Virus record (IMG/VR): IMGVR_UViG_3300032312_000921
Location: 1-37,959 of that record
Length of the DNA: 37,959 bases
From: a virus
Lineage: Duplodnaviria; Caudoviricetes
Strand: one strand, 5' to 3'
Part shown: one piece after another, positions 17,260 to 24,822 of the stretch
Position numbering within the stretch: position 1 is the stretch's first letter
How the letters are laid out: the number at the start of each line of letters is the position of its first letter
The notes under the pieces: generated by a model
Database searches by the model: none
What the model was told of the DNA's origin: nothing
Seen by the model: the letters and a program-made list of their open reading frames with translations, nothing else
Program-made: the position numbers and the translations under genes

Positions 17260-17706
17260 TTAGGCCGACGCCTTCTTGGCGCGTGCGGGCTTCACAGACG
17301 AAGCCTTCACGACCTTGAGGTTGCGAGGTGCCGGAGTGCTGAGGTCACGGACGACGACGCGTCCGTCTTCGATCTTGACCGTCTTCACTGCCATCTCGGT
17401 GCCGATCAGGTCCTCCATGATGGTGAGGACGTTGATCTCCTTGTCGCCGAGCGTCTCCAGGTCGATGCCAGCGAAGCGCAGGTACTTGTCGAAGCCGACG
17501 ATGCCCTTGTCGGTGAAGAGGACGGAGTCGGTGACCATCTGCGTGCCGTCACCCGAGATGAAGGTGGCGCGGATGCAAGGCGTGCCGGAGGTCGCGGTGT
17601 GCGTCTCCTTGCACGACTTGAGCGTCATGGTGTAAGTGCCTGCATCCTTGAGCCACGAGGCGGACTTGATGCTGGAAGCGCGGAACACGGTATTGAACTG
17701 AGTCAT
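17260..17706 (-). CDS. Second DUF669-like / OB-fold putative ssDNA-binding protein
   Basis: AGTYTMTL...SGTPCIRATF...DLIG.EMAV pattern; AAAGGA RBS; basic C-terminal tail. Confidence 0.6.
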   Translation of the reverse strand: MTQFNTVFRASSIKSASWLKDAGTYTMTLKSCKETHTATSGTPCIRATFISGDGTQMVTDSVLFTDKGIVGFDKYLRFAGIDLETLGDKEINVLTIMEDLIGTEMAVKTVKIEDGRVVVRDLSTPAPRNLKVVKASSVKPARAKKASA

Positions 17707-17839
17707 GGTATAGATCCTTTCTAGATCTTAGGTAGTAACCAAATCAGAACAGTTGCAGCAGCAACACGCTGCTGCCGGAGCCACTCGGCTCCACCAACGG
17801 GGGAGCCGAGTGGCGACGGACGAGAAGTGTCTTGAGGTA

Positions 17840-17944
17840 TCAAGGTCTTCGCTTCTTCTTGGTGGTGAAGAAGAGTGTGAAGAGCAGGGTGTTCATCCAG
17901 CATGTGAGACAGAACAAGAAGAACGCGAATGCGAATGCGATCAT
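17840..17944 (-). CDS. 34-aa membrane peptide (MIAFAFAFFLF...KKKRRP)
   Basis: ATGA overlap with the upstream gene; hydrophobic stretch followed by a basic tail. Confidence 0.5.
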   Translation of the reverse strand: MIAFAFAFFLFCLTCWMNTLLFTLFFTTKKKRRP

Positions 17945-18129
17945 GAGTTGGCCGCCTTCAAGCATGCCTTGACTGATGCGTTGCAGAGAGTGACGTTGAC
18001 GGTCATCTCTTCTGCAATCTGGGTGAGTGTCATGTCCTGCATCTCTGTCTTGAGTCGCATGAGGTTCATGTCGAGCTGTTCGATCAGAGTGAGGACGAAC
18101 TTGCGAGAGTCGAGGTTGGTGTTGGTCAT
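17941..18129 (-). CDS. Small helical early protein (MTNTNLD...)
   Basis: AAGGAGACACAC leader before ATG at 18129. Confidence 0.75.
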   Translation of the reverse strand: MTNTNLDSRKFVLTLIEQLDMNLMRLKTEMQDMTLTQIAEEMTVNVTLCNASVKACLKAANS

Positions 18130-18215
18130 GTGTGTCTCCTTGTTGATGAGTGTGTGAAGTCCTGGCGGGGGCAGTGGTGTAGCAACAAGCCACACCACCG
18201 CCACCCACCAACGGG

Positions 18216-18560
18216 TCAGCCCGCCTTCGTCTGTGAGTCTCGGTTGCAGAAGCAGGTGCCGTTGTCACCCTCGCCCTGGGTCAGCAGGCCGTCGAAGGCT
18301 GGGCAGTAGTGCCAGCCAGCGGCGAGCTGGTCAGGTGTGAGTGTGTCCCCGTAGAGTGGGTTACGGGGTTCCGTGGATGACGCAGGATGCCAGTCGGGTC
18401 GGATTACGAGTTCTTCGTTGTAGTCGCAAGGCTCTGGCAGGCAGTGAAGCGGAGCCGAGTCTGGTGCGACTGAGAAGTTCATAGCCGAGAGGCGTTCGCA
18501 GTGGATGACAGTCGTAACGCCATCGCCGAGCATTGATCCGCCACAAGTATTGCAGTGCAT
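18216..18560 (-). CDS. Cys/His-rich putative zinc-binding early protein (MHCNTCGG...)
   Basis: GGAGACACACAC leader; CNTC, HC, HYC and CFC motifs. Confidence 0.75.
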   Translation of the reverse strand: MHCNTCGGSMLGDGVTTVIHCERLSAMNFSVAPDSAPLHCLPEPCDYNEELVIRPDWHPASSTEPRNPLYGDTLTPDQLAAGWHYCPAFDGLLTQGEGDNGTCFCNRDSQTKAG

Positions 18561-18650
18561 GTGTGTGTCTCCATGTGTAGAGAGTGGATGGGGTGGGAAG
18601 GGCAACGCGCCCAACCCACCCGCACCCGAGGGGTACAGCCCGCCTTGGAT

Positions 18651-18842
18651 TCAGAACGTGTCTGCATCCAGGTCTGGCTTGGTGTAGCCGTTGTCCTCGT
18701 CCTTACCCAGGTCTTGGTCGCCTGGGAGTCGGACGCCCATCTCCTTGCGGGAGGATGGCTTGGCGATCGAGATGACGGTGAAGGTCATCAGAGCCGAGGC
18801 GGACGAGATTGCAACGACCATCAGAGTTTCCATGAGTGTCAT
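18651..18842 (-). CDS. Small protein with N-terminal membrane segment
   Basis: 63 aa; AAAGGAGACACAC leader. Confidence 0.7.
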   Translation of the reverse strand: MTLMETLMVVAISSASALMTFTVISIAKPSSRKEMGVRLPGDQDLGKDEDNGYTKPDLDADTF

Positions 18843-18950
18843 GTGTGTCTCCTTTCAGGAGATGGAGGTAGTGAGATAGTGACACGAAGTGAAAATGGCC
18901 ATACCTAGCGTTAGCCAGGTATGGCCCAGGTCTCCCGGTCGGGAGGTCTA

Positions 18951-19337
18951 TTAGCCGATGATGTCCTCGGCGGTGTCCATCGCCTCGGCAGGCGTCACGG
19001 TCGCCGCCTTACGGGGACGGCGGTAGAAGACGCCGCCCTGAGCGGTGCGGTGGAAGGTACCGGTCACGCTCTTGCCGATGGCGTCCGAGACGCGCATGTC
19101 GCCCAAGATGGCGAGGATGTCCTGCTCGCCGAAGATCGCCGAACGGTACTTCGTGCCCTTGTGGGTGACGGTGCCGTTCATGACGATGTCGCCCTTGCTG
19201 GTCTCCGAGAAGCCGTCGATCACGAAGACGAGTGGCTTCTTCAGAGCAGCCGCCGGGATCTCCGCGAGGGTCGGGAGCGCGAGGCGGGTCTGAGCAGCGG
19301 TCAGGCGAGCGAGAACGGTGTTGTTGGCGTTTGCCAT
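18951..19337 (-). CDS. First early gene; hypothetical, possibly OB-like beta protein
   Basis: 128 aa; very strong GC3 bias; AAAGG RBS. Confidence 0.85.
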   Translation of the reverse strand: MANANNTVLARLTAAQTRLALPTLAEIPAAALKKPLVFVIDGFSETSKGDIVMNGTVTHKGTKYRSAIFGEQDILAILGDMRVSDAIGKSVTGTFHRTAQGGVFYRRPRKAATVTPAEAMDTAEDIIG

Positions 19338-19432
19338 GGGTAGTAAGCCTTTCGTACTTAGTACGAGAGAGGTTGTGTGGGTCAGCAGCCGCCGGACGGA
19401 TGTCTAGCGGAACACTGCAAACCCACCATGTC

Positions 19433-19604
19433 CATTGGGGCTAGCCCGCCTTTTGCCGCGCAGGAGGGAACCGCGCAGTAGCCGGAGCAAGCAGCCGGAC
19501 TAGGCCCGGCGGGGCTCTGACTCCCCGTCTATCAGGTAGCGTGGAGTCGGCGCTTGCGTCACTGCGCAGGCTCGCTGGCTGCAGAAGGGGGCTGACCCCC
19601 AATG
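19433..19604 (+). other. Large nested stem-loop (single-strand origin-like element or structured ncRNA)
   Basis: CATTGGGG/CCCCAATG, AGCCC/GGGCT, CCTTTTGC/GCAGAAGG, GCGCAGT/ACTGCGC, GCAAGC/GCTTGC, GACT/AGTC and GGCGGGG/CCCCGTC pair in nested order. Confidence 0.6.
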
Positions 19605-19662
19605 CGAGCACAGCGTGAACTTATAAAGACCTCCCCGCTCTGGAAATTTCCTTCTCAAAACC

Positions 19663-19981
19663 CGACCATGTAGCGACCACCAAAAGCCCACCAGACGTGG
19701 TCTACCCAAATCCCCGTTTTCAGCCCACCACCGCCCATCCTGAGGGGGGTGACCAGGGTGACCACCTCCCGCCAATAAAGCTGCTCTATATACCCCCTTA
19801 CCCATAAGACTTTTTCTATTTAGGTGGTCATAGTGGTCAGGTAGTCAATCCGTCAACGATAACATTGGGTGGGACCTAGACCACCACTAGTGGTCAGAGG
19901 TGGTCAGGTGGTGGTCACTTTACCCGATAACACCTATTTAGGACCCTAACAGCCACCTACTATTGGGTCCAATAACAGCCA
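19663..19981. repeat. Iteron-like GTGGTCA/TGACCAC repeats around an AT-rich spacer; putative replication origin
   Basis: GTGGTCA at 19824, 19833, 19890, 19900, 19911; inverted TGACCA at 19750, 19759; variants at 19663, 19674, 19697, 19841, 19878; directly downstream of the helicase gene. Confidence 0.7.
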
Positions 19982-20003
19982 TTCGAGACCCCACCCAAAC
20001 CGG

Positions 20004-21467
20004 TTATTCGGACTTCATGGCCAGTCCCCTAAGACCCCTCAACCGCTCACCACCCAGTCTGCCCCTCGTCAGACCCCAACTGCTCTCCTCAACAATCCGG
20101 TGCAACAACTTAGCCTGGGTCATCTCATCCTTCGTACCACTCGTCTTCTTCCAGTCCAGCCACCTAGCCCACAGCACACTGGTAGCCACAAACCCACCGT
20201 CCTTCTGCTCGAAGTTCGCATCCAAGAACTCCTGCATCGGCGCATTCAACACACTGAACCGCTCCACTGCATCCTCTGCAGCCTTCGGCACAGGCCACCT
20301 AGCCCCTGAATCCTGCTCTGCAATCAGCCTCTGAGCACCCTTCATGGCCCAAACCGCAATGCCTGGCAGCTCAGCAGCCAGCCTCTGCCCCAGAGTCAGG
20401 TCTTCCTTGCCCAAGAAGCTCTTGGTAAACGGCAACACAAGCATCTTGCTCGCCAATCCCTGCCCCCTATTGGGCAACTTAGGAATCTCGTTGCTCTGAA
20501 CCACCGGGAACGCGTCAATTCTTACATCCCTTAGGGGCTCCATGTACTTCCGGTCAATGGTCACTGGGTCTCCACCCACGATGTTCTTCAGATTCGCGGC
20601 AGCAAGCTCTCCCTCCCTACTGTTTACCGCTCCGAACTCCGCAACATTGACCACCCTTGCGCTCTCCAAGCCCCACAACCCGAAGTTCTGGGCCAACTGG
20701 GCCACACTCGCACTCCTGACAGCCCCACCCAGCAGGCTCTTGACCACACCCATGATGGTTCCTTTGCCGCCTCTTACCTTGCCGTGCATCAACAGCCACC
20801 TTTGGAAGCCCCGGTTGGGCACCAGCATGTAGCCCATAGCCCTGCACAGCAGTTCCTTCCACGCTGGGTCCCCCTCACTCCACTCTTCCACGCATGCTTC
20901 CCACGTTGGGCACGCCGCCTCTGGCTCCCAAGCCACGCTCAGCACATGTGGCTCGAACCACTGCTCACTTCGCTCCATCGCCTCAAGCGTCCTTGCATCT
21001 ACCAGCGCATCACTGAAGGACACCATCCACTTTGCGTCAGGTCCATCCCCATTACCCAGCCACGCTGGTGCATCCTCGTGCCGCATACGGCACAACGCCC
21101 GCAACGCATGGCCCACATTCCTGATGGTCTCCATGGTCGGCGCAAGCCTCCGCATGTTCATGCCCTGGTTGGTCCTCACCGCGATGTGTGCATCTTCTAG
21201 CGCAAGCCACAGCGCCTCATCCAACCACTTGCCATCCCTGCGAACCCACTGACCGCCGTACCACTCCCATGGCTCACCACGCCACTCAAGCAATCCCAAC
21301 CGCCCAAGTGGCGTAGTCCAGCCAGCCCTCAGCACACTCCTCGCCACATGCATGGGCTCCGCACTGTTCAGCGGGTTCCGTTGCGTCAACACTTTCATCG
21401 CGTATCCTCTCGTCATGAACACGGCAACACCTCTTCGCACCTTGCGAACTTTCAATGGTGTTACCAA
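20004..21467 (-). CDS. SF3 / D5-like (P4-type) helicase without a recognisable primase domain
   Basis: Walker A GKVRGGKGT, Walker B VNVAE, GGDPVTIDRKY, motif C VVQSN, LPF; true start may be 21422 or 21416. Confidence 0.88.
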   Translation of the reverse strand: MVTPLKVRKVRRGVAVFMTRGYAMKVLTQRNPLNSAEPMHVARSVLRAGWTTPLGRLGLLEWRGEPWEWYGGQWVRRDGKWLDEALWLALEDAHIAVRTNQGMNMRRLAPTMETIRNVGHALRALCRMRHEDAPAWLGNGDGPDAKWMVSFSDALVDARTLEAMERSEQWFEPHVLSVAWEPEAACPTWEACVEEWSEGDPAWKELLCRAMGYMLVPNRGFQRWLLMHGKVRGGKGTIMGVVKSLLGGAVRSASVAQLAQNFGLWGLESARVVNVAEFGAVNSREGELAAANLKNIVGGDPVTIDRKYMEPLRDVRIDAFPVVQSNEIPKLPNRGQGLASKMLVLPFTKSFLGKEDLTLGQRLAAELPGIAVWAMKGAQRLIAEQDSGARWPVPKAAEDAVERFSVLNAPMQEFLDANFEQKDGGFVATSVLWARWLDWKKTSGTKDEMTQAKLLHRIVEESSWGLTRGRLGGERLRGLRGLAMKSE

Positions 21468-21561
21468 TCAACCCGGCTCGACTGTCATTTACATGCAGGA
21501 GCTGGGGCTAGACGCCGGGGGATCCGGACTTTAGCACCTAACCACGACTTGTCAAACCAAT

Positions 21562-24102
21562 ATGGCCGAAACCCCCAACATTCCAAAGGAGATTCAAGAT
21601 CTACTCAAGATCCTGAACGCTCTCGGTCCGGACCTCCAGATCCCATACCGCAAGGGAAAGACTCAACGCTTCATCACCGGCGATCAGTTGGTCCCCATCT
21701 ACACGCCAAACAATAAAGTCTTTGACATTGGCTTCAAGGTCACCAGCGGCAAGAAGGTTGAATACCAGAGAATCCCAGGAGCCAGCCTTCCGTTTGGCTC
21801 CTACGGAACAATGGCCGGAAAGCCCGCAGTCCTGAACATCAAGGGCACAGACAAGAAGACACTTGGTGGCGCATCAATCATCGACCGAGCAGTCGCCGCC
21901 CTTGAAGACCCAGAAGTATTCAAGCGAGTCCAAACGCTTACCGGCTACTCAGCATCGGAACTGCAGACCAAAAAGAACGAACTTCGACAGGACCTCTCTG
22001 CTCCAACCCGAGCATCCAGCAAACTGACAGAGCTCATCTACCCGTCTGGTCGCAACCCCAGCGCTAGTGAAACTCGGATTCTTGAAGTTCTTAAATTAGC
22101 TGGACTTGTCCAGAAGACAGAAGATGGCAGGTTTTTCAACCGCTCTCGTGCCCTCGATAAGGATGAAACGGCCAGAGCAAGCCGGATTATCAAATATCCC
22201 ATTGCGTTACGAGACAAGCTCAGAGCACTCAGGGCTGAATACGATCGAGTTGCTGGGCTCTTTGGCCCAGGCAAGGGAAAGGCTGGGGGGACACGCGAGG
22301 TAGCTCCTCACGAAGTCAAGCGATTTGCCGAGCTTCAGCGTGAGATCGTTAAGCTTCAAGAGCAGCTTGATGAACGCCTAAAGCCCAGTCAAGCCAAGAG
22401 CACTCCAGCACTCAAGCCAGTCAAACCACAAGAGCTGAGAAGGCTTGCTAAGGCTCTTGCATCCGCTGACCTTCCTGAGCTTCCTACCTCAATCGACAGA
22501 CGTGACACCCGTCAGGCTGAAGCAGAGGGACGTGCATACCAAAAGCAGCGTAATGCGGAGATGGGTACTGATTCGGATCAGATTCGAGGAAGCCAGTCGG
22601 CTAGTCCTGCTCAGAAAGAATTGATCTTGAAGTTGGCTGAGGATCTAAAGGAGAAAGATCCAAAGGCTTACTTGGAGTTCATCAAAAAGAATCCCGAGTT
22701 CCGTAACTACATCATCTCTAAGAGTGGCAGTCCTCCGGTTGGACCACAGACAGCTGAAGAAGCAGCCAAGATTGCGGCACCTCCAATGAGGGCCTTGTTG
22801 GGCACCAGTGGTGGAACTGTTCTGGTTGACCAGTCCAGTCGTGAAGCTGGCATTACAGCAATACCGAATAGGCCAGCTGGCGTCGGGCCACTGGATGGAC
22901 CAAGGCAATACGCAAGCAGCAACACAACCGGCGAACCAATTTACGGCCCCGGCACATATGTCACCAAGAAGAAGGCTGGTGCACTTCTCAACCTGCTCTT
23001 CGCTCTTGGACAGAGGATCCCCAAGAACCCACAGCTTGCCACGGGAGCAGAAGCTCTTGCCAGCCTGCCCCGCCTGCCCACCCGAGGCGTGGGGGGAGCA
23101 GACGTCTTGGCCGCCGAAGGAGCAGCTCGTTTTGCAGGAGCCCAGCCCGTAGTCATGACCCCCGAGCAGGCAGCCATGCCAATCAAGGCGAAGGCAGATG
23201 CACGCGATATTGTCGACGTCAGCCGCAAGATCCAGCAGGGTTTCACACGCGATCAAGAGACAAAGCTTATTGGCGAGATCGACAAGGCCATCAAGGCACT
23301 TGGCGAGGCCAGCCCCTCCAACGCTCTTGATAAGGCCAAGCTCGCCATCAGGCTTGCCAAGAAGCAGGTTGCATTTGGAAACACTGCAGACCTGAGCGCG
23401 GCACAAAAAGAGTTTGTTGACATGACGATTGCCCAGGTCAATCAGATCAAGTCAGACCTAGGAAGCCCTTGGAAGAAAATCGTCAAGCGGGCTGAGGGAC
23501 AGATTCGCATGCTTGAAGCAGCGGGTTTTAGTGAGCTTGATCCCAAGAGTGTTGCAGAGCAGGCCAAGTTCATCTGGACGCTCAACACGGCAGGAGCAGC
23601 AGTCAGGGCTCTTGACCTCAAGGGCCGAGAGCTGAAGCCACAGGAGCAGGACATTACCTCCAAGAGGATTGAGCCATTCATGAAGGACACCGGGGAGGTG
23701 GGTTCAAAGATCGGAACTCCCCCCACCCTCATTAGTCCGATGCAGCTCTCTGATTACGCCCGCAACCTCCAGCAGGCAGGCACAAGCAGGCAGGTTCAGG
23801 AATCTAATCGCCGCGCCGCACGCGGTGAATCACGCTCTATTCCCACGGGGGGACTTGCTCCAACTGAAGCTGAAAACTTCAAGCCTGGCCTTCGCAACCC
23901 CGGCGACATTCAGGGTTATCGACTGCAGCAGAATGCGGGATTTAACATGCGGTATGAGGAACTTGTGCGGTTGGCACAGCAGCGACGTGTGGCCAACATG
24001 CCTGAGCCTCCACCCGACCCAGCAGTCGTTGCACAAGGCAGAGTTGCAGGTAGGCCTCGACGCGTAGCTGAAAGTCTTCTTGTTAGGATGATGGGGCGCT
24101 AA
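21562..24102 (+). CDS. Large 846-aa Ala/Lys-rich protein of unknown function
   Basis: Long ORF; TAATG overlap with the next gene. Confidence 0.85.
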   Translation: MAETPNIPKEIQDLLKILNALGPDLQIPYRKGKTQRFITGDQLVPIYTPNNKVFDIGFKVTSGKKVEYQRIPGASLPFGSYGTMAGKPAVLNIKGTDKKTLGGASIIDRAVAALEDPEVFKRVQTLTGYSASELQTKKNELRQDLSAPTRASSKLTELIYPSGRNPSASETRILEVLKLAGLVQKTEDGRFFNRSRALDKDETARASRIIKYPIALRDKLRALRAEYDRVAGLFGPGKGKAGGTREVAPHEVKRFAELQREIVKLQEQLDERLKPSQAKSTPALKPVKPQELRRLAKALASADLPELPTSIDRRDTRQAEAEGRAYQKQRNAEMGTDSDQIRGSQSASPAQKELILKLAEDLKEKDPKAYLEFIKKNPEFRNYIISKSGSPPVGPQTAEEAAKIAAPPMRALLGTSGGTVLVDQSSREAGITAIPNRPAGVGPLDGPRQYASSNTTGEPIYGPGTYVTKKKAGALLNLLFALGQRIPKNPQLATGAEALASLPRLPTRGVGGADVLAAEGAARFAGAQPVVMTPEQAAMPIKAKADARDIVDVSRKIQQGFTRDQETKLIGEIDKAIKALGEASPSNALDKAKLAIRLAKKQVAFGNTADLSAAQKEFVDMTIAQVNQIKSDLGSPWKKIVKRAEGQIRMLEAAGFSELDPKSVAEQAKFIWTLNTAGAAVRALDLKGRELKPQEQDITSKRIEPFMKDTGEVGSKIGTPPTLISPMQLSDYARNLQQAGTSRQVQESNRRAARGESRSIPTGGLAPTEAENFKPGLRNPGDIQGYRLQQNAGFNMRYEELVRLAQQRRVANMPEPPPDPAVVAQGRVAGRPRRVAESLLVRMMGR

Positions 24103-24581
24103 TGAAGAAGATTCCCAACACCCACCTGGTCCCAGTCGTTTCAGGTATCCCCACTTTCTATAGGGCGGATACCGTAGCCAAGGCGTTGGAGAAGGCGCAG
24201 TTCACGGTCGAAGAGGAGATCGCCACACTAATTCGACACTTTCGTGACGTGGACCCCGGCGTATCGCTGAGGGCTCATGCTAGACTTCGCGCAGTGCTAC
24301 GCGAGACGGCGATGGCCTCGGGCCTTCTCGCACTCCAGGAAATCCGAGGCACACAAGAAAGCGACGGCAAAAAGGTAGAGGTCTCGCTGACCGCCTCCCG
24401 CATGCTGGATCGCATCCAAGAGGAACTCCCCGATGTCACGACAGAAGATTACCCCAGTCATGCAAGCACCTATCTCCCCTCGGGTGAAGGAAGCCGATCC
24501 TACGTTGATCCCGTGGAAGGAACAGCTGAAGACAATGGGTCCACTGGGGATGGCACGAGCGGGCGGACAGATCCTGTTTGA
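24102..24581 (+). CDS. Hypothetical protein, terminase small subunit candidate
   Basis: 159 aa, helical; just upstream of terL; function inferred from position only. Confidence 0.5.
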   Translation: MKKIPNTHLVPVVSGIPTFYRADTVAKALEKAQFTVEEEIATLIRHFRDVDPGVSLRAHARLRAVLRETAMASGLLALQEIRGTQESDGKKVEVSLTASRMLDRIQEELPDVTTEDYPSHASTYLPSGEGSRSYVDPVEGTAEDNGSTGDGTSGRTDPV

Positions 24582-24822
24582 CTTGGCATTCAAGGACCCA
24601 TACGAACTGGTGGGATCTCCTGAACAGCTTGGCCATGAGCTTGAGTCACGGCTACTGCCAGGTGGAGAGTTGTCACCATGGGCAACCGAATCTCTGAAGA
24701 CCATCCGTATTCACAGCATGGTTGGCAACGACCCAATGCTGAGCACTGCCGTCCTTTGCCGACTGGCAACCATCGACCTCGTCATGGGGGGACGATTCAA
24801 GAATGGATCTCAAGCGAATTGA
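24433..24822 (+). CDS. Hypothetical protein
   Basis: 129 aa; GAGGA RBS; overlaps both neighbours. Confidence 0.65.
   Translation: MSRQKITPVMQAPISPRVKEADPTLIPWKEQLKTMGPLGMARAGGQILFDLAFKDPYELVGSPEQLGHELESRLLPGGELSPWATESLKTIRIHSMVGNDPMLSTAVLCRLATIDLVMGGRFKNGSQAN

Noticed and set aside
19500-19805. 101-aa minus-strand ORF in the intergenic region
   Set aside because: It overlaps the structured and repeat elements, has no codon bias or RBS, and shows no protein-like pattern.
19750-19920. CRISPR-like mini-array
   Set aside because: Repeats are 7 nt, in both orientations, without spacer-sized gaps; no cas genes.
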